Positions 1 through 13,790 of a DNA stretch of 64,000 nucleotides are shown one piece after another. A model generated the notes under the pieces. The model saw nothing but the letters and a program-made list of their open reading frames with translations. It was not told the origin of the DNA and did no database searches. Position 1 is the stretch's first letter; each line of letters starts with the position of its first letter. The position numbers and the translations under genes are program-made. The DNA comes from Nitrospirales bacterium (GTDB lineage Bacteria > Nitrospirota > Nitrospiria > Nitrospirales > UBA8639): positions 2,304,001-2,368,000 of the forward strand of contig CBDBCZ010000018.1 of assembly GCA_965203295.1 (NCBI GenBank). Reading direction: 5' to 3'.

Positions 1-628
1 CCATTGTCTATCATTTATAGACCACATATATATGTACCAATTACGGCAATTAAACGATGTCATTTATCTACCCAACATGAGTACTTCAGCAATGGCTGTA
101 CAAATGCAACGTGAAGTAAACCAAAACAGTAAACTTTGCATGGTTTGCAGGACAGTGAATGCTTTTCTTCCTCATCCCCTTCGGGAAAGTCTAAATTCTC
201 AAAAGTAGCAGCCAAATTACTTAAGGTTGAGGGCTCTGGGTAATCTCTATTAAATAGGAGCTTGGTCGTAGTTATTACTTACGGAGTCCCACCCCACTAG
301 CGCTGGTAGCTATTCCAACTGACAGGCTGCCGTTGCATCCAACTGCAATGTCACAGAAACTGGCTTAGTCATCACTTCAGTGACTAAAACGACAAGTACG
401 TAGCAAACAGGCTCTACAAAGTATGTCCTGTTTGCTAAATCTTGAACTCAACTCTTTGAGCATTGTACTTGAACACATCACCGTGAAGCCTACCACTGTC
501 TTCCAAACACACTAGGACCATAATTTAGAAGTCACTGCACACAGAGCATAATAATTAAGATGTAGCATAGTAGCTGAACATGCAGTGAGGTCAGAGACCA
601 CCCATGCAGCGTAGACGAACTATAGGCT

Positions 629-977
629 TAGCCTTGTTCCCACACCTGTGACTTATTGTTTGACGAAGTAAAGTCATAGGGCCTGGTATCTAAAGTTACG
701 TGATCAACTTACGTCATTATACACTTAAAAAAATGGCTGTGTTTCTCTACATTTTACAGAGAATTTCTTCCTTTCAGCGGCAAGTCCAAGGCACAAACGG
801 ACTACATGTATAGAAAAGCTACAAGAAGTGTAGATTCGCTACCTTCATTCATGGCAAGTGAACTTGCCCATGCTCACAATTACCTGTTCTACTCTTGGCC
901 TCATGCACATATAGATCCCAGGCCCTGTGACATTACTTCGTGCAACCAAAAAGGTCGTGGGCCTGAGAACAAGGCTA
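629..977. mobile_element. Non-autonomous TIR element (MITE) with TAG...CTA termini and degenerate 9-bp TSD, Academ-like
   Basis: Imperfect TIRs of about 65 bp (tagccttgttcc...gggcctggtatcta / tagatcccaggccc...gagaacaaggcta). Flanks ctataggct (620-628) and ccacaggct (978-986) match 7/9. Confidence 0.7.
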
Positions 978-1088
978 CCACAGGCTAACATGGTTACAGG
1001 ATATGCACTCGGCATTAATCAATTAGAAGCCTCGGCATCTAATTGATTAACTGCCTCGTGTATATCCTGTATCCATGCTAGCCTGTGG
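978..1088 (-). repeat. Imperfect hairpin of about 110 bp
   Basis: ccacaggctaacatggttacaggatatgcacTCggcattaatcaattaga...tctaattgattaactgccTCgtgtatatcctgtatccatgctagcctgtgg; loop gccTCggc. Confidence 0.85.
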
Positions 1089-2514
1089 TATATCTATAAT
1101 TTGTTATATTCTCGTGACTACACATAGCTGACTCCCAATCACAGTCACCTGTATGCATCCGGGGGGCTACCATGTACCACAGCACGCAAGGCATAGTGCA
1201 CTTGTGTAACCCTAAGTTTGCGGGACTGTCCCCAGACTGTATGTCTGTCACATGATGAAGCCTGATTGATCCCGATTTACCATGTGGTGGTTTGAGAAGT
1301 TTAGGTATCTTCTGCAATTGTCTGTTGACTGTGAACCCATCCAAGACATTGTACAAACTCTGTACTACTAATTGCAAGGTAAAATGGATGGCATTAGTTA
1401 GTATATTATGTATGTTATTAAGTACTGTAACATCTACAATAAGCCTTTGCACATACCCTATACTCTGGAGTATAAGTACCTTATTAATATAAGTACCATT
1501 AAACCAGTTGCTATTCACTTCCTGAATACAGTGCCCATGAGTACACAATGAATATAAGTACCCATCAGAAATAAACTGGCGATGTATAAATGGTGACTAA
1601 TTAAGCATGCATAATGTCGATAAAGGGTCTGCCTAAGTCTGTATTAGAAGGCGTATGGGCTGTCAGTGGTGGCATAGAACTGCTGTGCACGAGGAAGCAC
1701 TTCACGTTGTAAAGGAAGATCGCTCACAAGAACGAACATGTGAAAGTGACTGTCTAGTCCAAAATTAAAGTTGTAGTGTCCATGCTGCCATATTTTGCCT
1801 CTAAGAAAAGCATCCCATGATTATAAGTACCTCACGTAATCTGTACCACAAAAATGTGCAATCTCTAAACAGAAATACTGGTACTTGTGCTCCAGAGTTT
1901 ACGGTAGCTGAAAGTACATGAATAGTGGTAATATAGAGTATGGCAGAAGAAAGGTAACAGGAAAATCGGAACAGTCTTGACATTGGTGACCCACATGTAT
2001 GTAGCCCAAGTGAAAGGATCAGTCTTCACTTATAGCTCTGAAAGCCTACATATAGAGTCTCACAAGACCTGTGTAGTGTCAAAGTCCTCATTCACAAGAG
2101 TCAGTAGCGCCAGTCGGCTGCTTGCGGAATTTCCACCCTCAGCCCTCGTGGTGTATAAATTTTGTGCACGCCTATATAGTGCTAGACATTGCATTTTATG
2201 TTGGAGCTACCTGCAGCTGCAACATCTTGAGCACACTTGCTAGGGTTGAATCAAAAATAGACGTACTTCTGAAAGGCGTTTAGAGCTACCAACTCCCCTC
2301 AACCAACCTCCAGTACTTCCTTTAACCCTAAAACAACCAGCGAACCTCAGCCAGACCCACTATGCCAGCAACTGTCGCATCCTCTACCCCTTCAACAAAA
2401 AAGTGAACTTCACCAGCACCGTCTAACCCCCCACCCTCAGCCAACAAACCAGCTTCCAGCATACCATCTATACCCTCAACCAACCAACAACCAGTGACCC
2501 TCAGCCACAACTGG

Positions 2515-4390
2515 TAATCATGGAGTACGGTAGTACTCCATATGTAGGGATGGCTCTGGAAAAAAATGGCCCCCACATTCAATGCGTACAAAATGACATG
2601 TTGAGAACTCTGCTCTAGGTGTAGTCTAGGGCGAATATGAACCCTACCAGTTATTCTCGAGCGTTGTCACCACTAATCAGACTGTTATCACTGCTACAGA
2701 ATATCTCTGAAGTACCAAAGCGGCAAGTGGCTAAAACAGCCAGATGGTACATCTTGTCATTCTTCTTTCAGCCAGGCTAGCACAATGCTGGGTGAAGCGA
2801 TTACAAAGATTCCAACACGAACGGGCATGATTAACCCTCGGGTAGTGCCTTTCGGGCATAGCGTTTTCAAAGAACTTGAATTAGTTCAGCAGTGATAACG
2901 AGCACTCTTGAGTGGACGGTTGCCACTAACACGCCATTTTACGGTAGGATGGTGCGCATGCGCACACTGCCTGCGAACACGTGTTGGTCTATCTAAAGTC
3001 TACCTTCAATCTTTCGGTCCTTTTGTTTTCAAGTGGAAGTGTAAAAGTGCCTGAAAAGCAAGGTTCTCCCATCCACTCATGTGGTTGCTGACCTTCTTGG
3101 AATTCCGAGGTACTTTGCATGCACTATGCCTAGTAAATTGCGAAAAAAGAGGGCCCAGAATAAAGAACGGTACCGATTCAAAACCGTCAACGCAGAAAGG
3201 GAGCTGCTAGGGCAGCCTCGCGTGCCAGCTACAAAGCTGATCCTGAGAAGAAAAGGGCTGCCTCGCGTGCCAGCTACAAAGCTGATCCTGAGAAGAAAAG
3301 GGCTGCCTCGCATGCTAGGTACAACGCTTGCCCTGACAAGAAAAGGGCTGCCAGACGCGCCAAGTATTGGCTTAATCTCCCCCCCCATGCATCGCCCATG
3401 CGGGCGAAGGCCTTCCTGATGCTGACTGGAGTACACACGAAACCTGTACTACACGCACCATTCCAACAATGTTCCACAACACTCCATACCCTTTCATGCC
3501 ATCTCCCAAAAAAACACCCTGAAACAAGACATAGAAAAAGCACTTTACAAAAAGTGCAAAAACCACTCATGTAGGGATGCACTTCCACCAAAAAACAATT
3601 CCCCAAAAACCAACGAAACAAGCGACAATGCACACTGGAAGGCATGCACAGACTACCCACACATCACAGCGCAATGCATTTACTGCGTACCTAACATCCC
3701 TACATCTTTCCAACTACACCCACCCCACACTGTACCACCCCCATACACAACACCCTTCACCATCCACAATCATCTCCATCCTTATCCATACGTGCCAGCA
3801 CATTGCCATCCAACAGCCACCCTCACATCCTCATCCACAACAATATTCACATACTACACAAAACGCACCCCACAATACAACCAGCCTAAACCTTCATAGC
3901 AACATAATATTATTCCCCAGAAAACACACTCCGCTCACCAACCCCACTCACAAGCACAAACCAAGCCACACTCACCAACACACACAACCACACAATACAA
4001 CCCACATCAACTACCATGCTACACACATTCAAAAGTTACCAACACCCTACCGACACCATACCAAACACACCCACATTGTCCTCCCCTTCAGACCTTCACA
4101 GCAACACTGCTCCCATCACAACATACCAACACACAATACCCACATCAACCACCCTACAATACATTCAATTAACTTCACAACACCCGACCCACACTTTACC
4201 AAATGCACCCACATTCACCTCCCCTACAAAGAACATCCACTCACAAACTGACTTTCAACACACTCGCATAACTTCACAGCACTCAACCATACTTCTCCAA
4301 AGCCTCTATGCAAACACCATAATATACAATTCATTATAATATATGCACCCATTACCAACACATCTTTACACCCAAAACAAATTATACTAC
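2515..4390 (+). mobile_element. Decayed Helentron/Helitron-like element 5' portion (copy 1)
   Basis: Begins with hairpin ATGGAGTAC-GGTA-GTACTCCAT (2520-2541). 2515-3135 and 3480-3950 recur inverted and diverged at 18400-19020 and 17460-17950. Contains a frameshifted ORF start MPSKLRKKRAQNKERY then (ASRASYKADPEKKRA)x3, resembling repetitive N-termini of Helitron-type RepHel proteins (inference). Confidence 0.5.
3215..3349 (+). repeat. 45-bp tandem repeat, 3 units
   Basis: gcctcgcgtgccagctacaaagctgatcctgagaagaaaagggct starting at 3215, 3260 and 3305 (third unit diverged). Confidence 0.95.
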
Positions 4391-4548
4391 ACTGGAACCC
4401 CATATTGTCGACACCTTTAGGACCTAATCAAGCGCCCTGTATAGAGGGGTATCCTCAATTCAGGGGTACCTCTCATTACCAGCGCATGCACACACACACA
4501 GCAATTTACACTACCACTATTCACATCTCACATTCTCAACATTGGACA

Positions 4549-4727
4549 GGTGTGGTTGGAAAGATGTAGGGATGGTAGGTACGCAGTAAATGCATTGCGC
4601 TGTGATGTGTGGGTAGTCTGTGCATGCCTTCCAGTGTGCATTGTCGCTTGTTTCGTTGGTTTTTGGGGAATTGTTTTTTGGTGGAAGTGCATCCCCACAT
4701 GAGTGGTTTTTGCACTTTTTGTAAAGT
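4549..4727 (-). repeat. Near-identical inverted copy of 3543-3720 (local foldback)
   Basis: ORFs 3577(+) and 4528(-) share the peptide MHFHQKTIPQKPTKQATMHTGRHAQTTHTSQRNAFTAYL; the DNA is a reverse-complement match. Confidence 0.9.
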
Positions 4728-7224
4728 TTCTAATTAGCCCTTTAACTAAATGGCCAGCATCCACCACACTTACATGTTCATCCAGCCTGCACCATACCTC
4801 CACCCTCAGCTATTCAGTCAGCCTGTAACCAACTCATTTGAACAAGATCTATATGATGATTGGGAAAGTCTCCTCCCAGGTGGAGCAGTCCTTCTACAGT
4901 GCTGAGAATCTAAAGAGCTTAAAGGTTCTACACCCTACATGGTTTGATGTTATGTTCTCAAAAGTGGATTGCATATACCTACACACATCTGCTACAATGC
5001 GGGAAGGGTATTAATTAGCAATAACCTAAGGGTTCCATGGCTTTTGCAAGACACCTGACTTGGAAAATCAGTTAAAGTACTTAAAACTGCATCTTTGTTT
5101 CGAGAAAGTTCAAACCTTGGATATACCAAGCGTGAGGCCAAGGTATCCTTGAGAAATGTTCCCCTCAATCAATCAATACCAGAGATAACGACCAAAGTTC
5201 ACATCTTGAGGGGGGCATCGGTTAAGGTAGTGACTTCAGAATTTATCGTCCAAGAACTCACAAAAAAATTTACAAAACTATTAAGTTGTTGATACTAGTG
5301 TATCACTACTCAAACAATTCCTGAGTCTTACTGTTTAGTCAAAAAAAAAGGTTTGCACACAGGCTTTTCTCGCCATTTTGATTGCGTATTCTGACGTTTT
5401 TCACTCATCACACGACCTATGACGATGATTACGCAAACCACGCCTACAGTACTGACATGGACATGCTACTTGCGTCCAGTGAAGTACGGCTTGAGAAACA
5501 CAAAACTAGCGTACGAAGGCCTGTGTAGGTAATTTTTTCTCCCCCGCCCCGTCACTCGTGCGTTTGTCGCAATAGCTATCTGTTCGTTGTCGGTCCTGCT
5601 GCTGTGGCTGTCTCTCCAGAGTAAGTCTGTAGCAGTATCGAGCGTTCCAATGATTTATTCATGAGCAATACTTCCTATGACGCGCAAAAATCCGTGACAT
5701 CAAACAAACACGGCCACTAAGTATGACAGTCTATGGAAAACTCGGTGGAAAGTACCTTATTGTCAGTTCACAGCCTTATTTTTCAAGTAGCTAGGCTTAT
5801 GGAGTTATTATAAGTAACTACATTCATTTTTTAAAGTAAAAATGACAGACACTGCCTGCAGAGAAATCTACTCTTTAGATTTTGAGCACTGTACAATCCT
5901 CAGCCTTCTGAGACCACACTGGCCCCAGCATGACCATCCTGTTCATTGATTCTGCTGCCCCTAGAACTTGTGATGGTTCACTTTCCTGAAAAAGACGTCA
6001 ACAGTTTACATAAGCTGGCAGTTACACACGGATGTGAGTGTTTTTGGTGAGGAGCTTCTTGGTCAATCAACTAAAAGTGGGTGCAACAAATCAACAAAAA
6101 GTGGGTGCAACAAATTATGCAGTTTGATCCAAATCCGGCTACATAAAATGGCTAATCGAGGGTCGTGTTTGCCCACCAATGTCTGAGAACACACGTCAAG
6201 AAGTACACTGGCAACAGCTAGTCTAAGCTTTAGATGTGCCATACATTCAGTGTTAATACAGGATACAGGTGTGTATCATGTTAAGTTCTAGTAGGTGGAA
6301 GAATGCCCTCTTCCACCACTTCTTCGAAGAGGGCTGGAAACAATACCATAGAGCGCTGGCCACTTGTGTTCGCACCTCCCACGAAGTGAATATATTCCTC
6401 AATTGTAAGTGGTTTCTGTATCGTTTCCTTTCCTGCAGATGCGCGTCGACTGCATCTCTTTTTATTAACTATAGAGTCCTCATGTACTAGTGTACTACAA
6501 CTCTTCTGACCTCTTTCTTTGCTGCTGCATGCTTAAGGACACAAGGATGTTCCATCAATAGAACACAGCTCCCAAGCCCAAGGAGACATTTGTACAGGTA
6601 CAGGAAATTGTTAAAGTGCATGGTACTCTTCATTTACTACTAGGCAAGTTAATTGTCCAATGACAACTCAAGTCCTTTTTTCTCTTCCTTTCCACAGTAC
6701 TTCCAGTTGCTGCCGTACGTATCCCATTTTTGAGTTTGTACCCCATTCTTTGGTTTCTTGGGAAGGAGGGGATGTCCCTTGAAACTAAACTGGCCTCGTC
6801 ACTGGACAGCCGCTTCTGGAGTACAAACATGGAAAGCTACTAATCAGAGGCTCCATGAAACGATAAATCTTGAAAAGCTTATCGCAACAAGGTTGTTCTC
6901 AAACAGCCTGCTGGGTGTCAATAGCCAGTTGATCAAGAATTTCAAAAAAAAGAAACAGTCATGGGAGAGTAAGCTAAAAGAGATGCAGTGGGGTAAAGAA
7001 GTGCCAGCAGGTGCTACAGTAGTCCTTCAGTGAGGGCAGGCACACTATACCCATTGTGATGACAAGTACTATCACCCACAGGAGCTCAATTTTCGCTTGA
7101 CCAAGTCGTGTGCCCTTGCTCATGGATGATTGTTCAAGTGGTCCTGATATGCCTCTAAACACATTGCTACCCACAGTGGTTCACTCATCCAACACACTCT
7201 ACGTAAGGCTGTGTGTACGTGCTA

Positions 7225-7352
7225 GAGTGTTGTTCGAGGCCACCACATAATCATACAAACGCAAATGGACTTCTTATGTGGGAGAACAGCTATGGCTGAA
7301 ACACGAGGAGAACAATGAGAATGATCAGAAAACGGTAGCCGTTGTGAAAGAC
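7225..7352 (+). pseudogene. HIRAN-domain remnant (transposon cargo)
   Basis: Reads SVVRGHHI-(frameshift)-YKRKWTSYVGEQLWLKHEENNENDQKTVAVVKD, matching the HIRAN pattern VRGxHxYKxxWxPxxGExL...NxxDxxAVAV. Confidence 0.65.
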
Positions 7353-9392
7353 AACATCTTCAAATATCGCAGAAGGCTCATCTGGCACAAGAAATATAGC
7401 TGTAGTACTCACTATGATAACTTTACGAGTAACGCTCACATCAGAGAAACGTGTCCGCTACAGCATGGCGCGTGTTACAATGATCTAATCTTCTCCGCGA
7501 CAAAATGTATTTATTGCATTCTAATTTTTTTGCGAGCTTGCAAAAACAATTGCATTCGCAATTATCACAATTAAAACCAGTCATACCGCATATGGAGTTC
7601 AAGGGTTAAACCTTCCTCTCATTTGAACTTACCATTATGGCATTTACTATGTCATTGTTGTTGTTCTTCAGGGCCTTAACAGCCTAGAAAGAAAGGGATA
7701 GAAGTCATCCAGCAATCAAATTAAGTATATGATACACACTGACCTTTGATCTTGTTACATTTGCTTGCTGCATAACCAGTTCAATATCCTTCTCCTCTAC
7801 ACCAGTATCATCAATCTATGAGTGAATTTACTCATACATTAAGCCATGTAATTCAGACCCACATTCAAAATGAGCCTCAAGCTTTATACACAAGGCTTTA
7901 TTACTATGTATGCCAAAATTATCATCCAAGGGTGCAACTGTAGGACATGGACTTCTGCTCGCACACCAGACATACAGTGGGCCAACAGCAGGAATACAGG
8001 CCTATACAATTATTCACTCCATTTATAGTCTTGTAACTGTGGAAACCCTTAGTTACAGATTTTAGCTCTCACCAAAACGTCAGAGTGCGCGAGAACCTAG
8101 CAAACGATTGATTACAGGGAACAATGACAGGAACCCCCCAACTACATACTTTCTTTTCGGCTTGCCATGGGCAGGGTTGCAATATGGATTACTCACGCCA
8201 GAATCAGGTTAGGTCAAGTGGCTTGGCCCAATTGTGACATTTTGATGAAACATATCAGTTACAGCTAACTCTAGGGATGGTTTTTGGGCACCTGTTGGCA
8301 AGTAGGCAAAACTGGTCGAGTGTAAGACATCGAAGCAAGTACAGACCATTCTTCCAAAGGTGAGCAAGCAGCATACACATACTGCGGGGAGCATTTCAGC
8401 TCTCTCTCAAAAATGCAATCGTATGTCACAGTCATGCATGGTGTGAAATGTCCTGCAGAGGGCCATGCCTGCAGGCTAGTATGCCCTCAGCAGAGGCTTT
8501 TCACATTCAGCTTTTATCAGACCATGAGAGAAAACCATACACAATAAAGGCAGCATCCACAGGATGAAACAATTAACAAGCAACGACTAGCTTGGCTATT
8601 ATAAAGGGCAAAGGGAAATCTGGAATATACTGTAGAGCTATTAAATTTGGTAGCTCGGTAACTTACACCCGTCATATTTCATACTTTGGCAGCGGTCTCA
8701 CTTGACAAAAGAGTAATTCTCACCTTTTCATTTTCTGATTCTTCTCCACCTTCAACAGGTGCTGTCTCCTGTTCAGCCTCTTTAGTAGCCACAGCCGATG
8801 CTTCAGGAGCCTTAAATTTCTCTGCAGCCTATGCAAAAGAAATTATTTATTAGTTACACAATTATCTTATCATTACCTCCACCACATTGGCTAAGTTTGT
8901 TATTTGGATAAAAGTAGCATAGTGCAGGCTCTTGCAGAGGAGAGAAGAGCCTGGTACACATGCTCAGTTCCCCAGGAGGTCTGGGAATTGGGAAACTAGT
9001 GAATGAAATTTTTAATTATCTGCCCGTTGTCATCATATTGTCTGTAACATAGTTTGTGCATAGGTCGCCATGTAGATCCCTAATAAGTGATTACATACAT
9101 GATTGTACTATTTCGATTCTTCAAATCTGTTTGCATCTGAAAGACCTAGAAGGTCAGATCTGTGATGGAAATATGTAATTTACAGCCACTACTAAAAGGT
9201 TAACACTTCCTGAGTTTATGACATACCATAATCATAGTGGCTTGAAAGGTGTAGGCCCTATTGCAAAGCCATTTCACCAATTTTGTTGGGTAAAAATTTT
9301 AACCGGTGAAAGTTTTTAGCTGCGAAAGTTAAGCTGACCATCGACTACCGGTATGGCTCTGCGGCGTTATTTGCAGGTTCAGCCACGTGGAC

Positions 9393-9776
9393 AGCTCCCT
9401 GATCCAAAGGGGGCGCTGTCATCTTCGTTGCCATTGTCGGCAAATGTGGAAGCGAACGCAGCTGCTTACCAGTGCTTGGCACCAAGAAGAGGCTACAAAG
9501 GCGAAGAGAAGGCCTTATATGAAGCTAAGTAATGAACTGAAGTCCAAATCGCTAGTGACAACTGAGATTCTGCGGCAGCAAGACCATTTTCCAAGCCGCT
9601 CGAGACTGCTAAACTGCCGTTTTGAAAGGAATAATAATAATTATTAACAATGCCGTGGAATTTAATTTCGCTCAATCGCATGTGCGCGAAAATTAGTCTG
9701 GCAAAATTTTCCCGTAATACTATACATCTGGGTTATGGCAAAATGTTTCCTAGCGAAAATTTCCCGCTATATGGTA
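9393..9776 (+). mobile_element. Remnant of a pogo/Tc1-mariner-like DNA transposon (N-terminal transposase fragment and right end)
   Basis: Degraded LPDPKGALSSSLP...KRRPYMKLSNELKSK...SAAAR helix-turn-helix-like N-terminus; ends ...cgaaaatttcccgctatatggTA. Confidence 0.45.
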
Positions 9777-9889
9777 CTCTTTACCACGTGGTTGAGACAG
9801 CTCACAGATACATTTACTGACTTTTCTTGTGCTTACCCAACCCGTACATGTATAGCTTATCATCTCTTGAAGAGTTTGCAATGTGAATA

Positions 9890-10399
9890 CCGTATTTCCG
9901 CGAACAGACGCCGTCCTCGATTAGTAGCCGCCCTCGAATTATAGCCGCACCTCCGGAAGTGCTGAACAAAATTGTGGTCGCCCTCGATTAGTAGCCGCAG
10001 CTAAAATTCAAGTACTCTGGTAGGAATAACCAAGATGTAGCAACTACAGTAGAGTAATACTTGACTTTGCTAGCTAACAATTGTTGGACCTCACCTTTGC
10101 CTTCTTCGAGGTTGCGAAGGGATGAGAGCCCGACGGAGGCTGCCCGCGAATCTATATTTTCAATATCTCTCACCTCAAAAAACAGCTGGCATTGCAGCAT
10201 GACGGCTTTTCGATAGTGTTGAGGCACGAACTGCGATTTTCAAACGGATTTAAACTGCTGTTGTGCATCGCTGTGTAACCAGTAAACCGCTCAATCTAAT
10301 AAACGCCACCCTCGATTAGTGGCCGCCCTCGAATAGTGGCCGCGGAAAATCGCGTGATGAAATAAATAGTAGCCGTGGTGTCTGATCGCGGAAATACGG
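9890..10399. mobile_element. pogo/Tc1-mariner-like MITE, TA TSD
   Basis: TA-ccgtatttccgcga...tcgcggaaatacgg-TA, with internal repeats tagtagccgccctcgaat. The neighbouring tandem unit (near 10730) shows the uninterrupted site. Confidence 0.9.
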
Positions 10400-10617
10400 T
10401 ACATACTTTTCAGTTTTATGTGTCTTTGGTGGATTTATTACCCTGGCAGACTAATCCAGGCTAAGTTTGGGTGTAGCACGTTTATCGTGTTTAGGAGATG
10501 GGGGGAGAGGCCTAATGAGAAAGTAATTATAGTAAGAATTGGCCGGGTCCTACTGGCAAGTGCTACTAGCACGTTTAGTGGCTATATAAAGCTTGCCTAC
10601 TGCTCCTCTGCCAAAGA

Positions 10618-10665
10618 GGCTCCAGTAGCTCAGTTGGTCCTGGGTTCAATCCCCAGCTGGGTCCC
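10618..10665 (+). pseudogene. tRNA-derived sequence lacking the anticodon arm (SINE head or pseudo-tRNA)
   Basis: ggctccagTAGCTCAGTTGGtcctgGGTTCAATCCccagctgggtccc contains A and B boxes; TATATAAA at 10583-10590; T6 run just downstream. Second truncated copy at 10950-10974. Confidence 0.65.
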
Positions 10666-11826
10666 ACTTTTTTGGGGATTTCTTTATTCCTTCAGAAAGC
10701 TTATCATCTCTTGAAGAGTTTGCAATGTGACTACTTAGTTTTCAGTCTTGTGCCTTTGGTGGTTTAAATACTCCCGGCAGACTGATCCATGCTAAGCTTT
10801 GGTGTAGCACGTTTATCGTGTTTAGGAAATGGGGGGAGAGGCTTAGTGAGAGAGTAATTACAGTTGGAATTGGCTGAGTCCTACTGGCAAGTGGTACTAG
10901 CGGGTTCAGTGGCTATGTATAAAGCTTGCCTACTGCTCCTCTGCCAAAGGGGCTCCAGTAGCTCAGTTGGTAAGACAATTTTGCGAGGGGGAAGAGCCAA
11001 AGGCCTGGGCAGGAGATATTAGTAGCTTCAGGATCGTTTATAGTGCTTCTCCAACTACAGTTTGCACCATTAATTGTGCCAGGTATAAATGATAACTCCG
11101 ATAAGAATAACCTACATGCACACATTCACATTCTAAGTAACACTGTGGCGTTAAAAACTACTATATACAGTAAAGTATCTGTAGTACCTGTATTTGAGCT
11201 TGAGAGCTCAGGTCCTCAATCTACAAATAGAGAACACACAAATTGAGGATACAAATTCACTCTGATTTTATGTCAATGACATACATGTACATGCACCAAT
11301 TATGAATGAGACAAGTAAAACAAGGGCTAGTAGGCATCCCTCCCAATAAAATAAGGCTGTTATGAACATGCTGAGCCTGATAGGCGAATGGCATTCAAGT
11401 TAAACATTCTCAACCCATCCGCACTAACAGTTTGGGGGCAGGTCTTCCTTAGGAACAGCTGATTAATACTGGTGGGATCCTGACCCCACACCAACTACAA
11501 CTTACTGTGGTGCACAGCAATTGAATTAACCACCACATTTTGTACTGGCACCCTGCCAGATTTGGTGAGTGCAGTGGTGCTTAGCTTAACTGCTTCCCCA
11601 GTACCCCCAATATCTTGATATTCATGAAGAGCATAATATCACCATGCATAAGCCACAGAGTTGAATAATTTATACAGAAATCTTCAAGACTCTTGAAGCA
11701 AAATATACATGTAGCAGTTGCTACAGTGATTTCCTGTTGAAGCTATATACAGATGTAGCAGATGCTACAGTGATTTACCACTAATACATGCACAGACAAG
11801 TGAAGCTTTTGTGGCCTGCAGTATCA

Positions 11827-12066
<240 letters not shown>

Positions 12067-13790
12067 TCACTTCTGCTCTGTTTAGCCTTGCTTAAGGCCT
12101 CTTGTGAAATTCCTGCTGCTGTTGCTGCTGCCATCTTCTGGGGATCATCAAGATCTGGATCCATTTCATCTTCATCTTCATCACTCTCACTTCCGCTGAC
12201 ACTGCACGACTCTTACAGAATGAGATGGTAACAGATCCATATAAATGGCTGTATTGCCACTAGCAATGAAACGTGTAAACAGCATAGAGAGCAGGATTTC
12301 AGATGGGAGGGACACACTGGGATCTCCCTCTCCATCTCTCCCCATGCAAGAATCATATGATAACATCATTTCCTTAACCCTTTTTCTAATTGGACTATGA
12401 ACATTGGGTAGGCAGGGCAGCTACCTTTACATTCTGGAGGGCATACATATAGCTACTACAATTTCACTGGGTTTCGAATGCTGGCAGGTTCATGCTAGCT
12501 GGCTTGGCAGGGGCCATTCTTCTGCTGGTAAACTGTATGTATGATTGCATGCAATATCTACTGCCATATAGTATGGATATGTACCTCTTTACAGCAAGTA
12601 AATGCACACAACTCACCTTCCATCTCCTCAACTGGTTCTTCTGTGCTATTCTTAGGCCTATGAAAGAGCAACCATCATTTATGTGTGTTAAGTCCTCGAA
12701 ATTGCAGGCATTCAGATATTGGTCAGCCAAAGTAAAGGGGCCAAAGAGGTCAATTGGAGGTGCTGGAATGACCTCAGCATGACACAGTCATCGATCACAG
12801 CACTTTCCCATCTCTTCTCATTATCAAAACATGTTTGGTCACTAGCATTACACAACTGTAGGTGTGTACTACACCACCAAATCAGAAATTGTGGCAAGAC
12901 TCAAGGGGGAGGGGACACTCTCCCAGACTTAATCTGTAGTCACAACCACTCAAAGCTATGACTTCCTGTGGTTTGACTGCTCAACAATTTTGGCCCCAAC
13001 CATATGAGGGACTTTCCCTAAAGCCTGCAAAAACTGAAGACTACATTCATTCTTAAAAAAGACATGATACTGACAGCATTTCTAAATGTGCTTTGACTGT
13101 TCACAACTAATTAACTCATTGCACGCCGTAATTACGTCACGCGCGTGATGCTCCACGCTATAATTTCTACAACAATGGCGTACTAAAAGTTTTAGTTCAC
13201 TGTTTGGCTATTTTTATGCTTACCAACTCAAGTATCCAGCGAATTCTGCTTTGTACTTGTTGGGAAACTACCAACTACAGCCATTGAAGGCAAAAAGGGC
13301 GGCGAATTGGAGCCAAGAAGGGCTTCAGGATCGATAACCGGATACACGGTAAGTTTGATATGAACCTGTTGTCTCCACGCTCAGGCGGCAAAGAACGATG
13401 GTCCTACTAAAGCCCCCGACTCTCCCCTGAACCAGTTACCATCGTATCTGCCAGTGAAGTTGACTACAGAGACCAACTAACTGTGCAGCAATGTAGGTAG
13501 CCATAGCTAGTCGCCTTGATCGGTTGTATATTTTGCCGTATGTATCCGTTCTATTACAGATTAGATCGACTTTCGGCACACTTACATCATTATTAGTAAT
13601 CACTCTACTCAATTTTATGGCTAATAAAGGAAGGGGTTGCCCCTCCTGGCTGTACAGTTAACTTGCTGTTTCTAACGCCACTATAGTGGCTTGTGGCGTA
13701 GCGGAAGGATTACGTAATATCCAATTAAGTGGCTTATGGTGTGCAATGGGGTAACCCATTGAGCATGATAGGCGTAGTTATACCTCTATA

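Larger units (their letters stand above)
9854..10974 (+). repeat. Two tandem units (about 330 bp) ending in a tRNA-like Pol III cassette
   Basis: Unit 1 is 9854-10697, interrupted by a MITE; unit 2 is 10698-10974, truncated. Both start agcttatcatctcttgaagagtttgcaatgtga. Confidence 0.85.

Noticed and set aside
1078..1548. 156-aa minus-strand ORF
   Set aside because: No recognisable motif; overlaps repeat-like ataagtacc motifs and a hairpin.
3215..3349. Regular repeats as a possible CRISPR array
   Set aside because: Head-to-tail 45-bp units with no unique spacers, no cas genes, eukaryotic context.
3577..4251. 224-aa His/Thr/Pro-rich ORF
   Set aside because: Open because the C/A-rich strand has few stop codons; no domain recognised, and the frame is not preserved in the 17.5-kb copy.
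5875..5985. Candidate NACA last exon (tttttcag|ESEPSQVLG...KI*); also ELFE* near 5306-5320
   Set aside because: Neither resembles the conserved ELTM end well enough to call without transcripts.
6630..7174. Overlapping short ORFs upstream of the HIRAN remnant
   Set aside because: Possibly transposon-derived, but no family could be recognised.
10618..10665. Functional tRNA gene
   Set aside because: Anticodon arm is missing, so it cannot form a cloverleaf.
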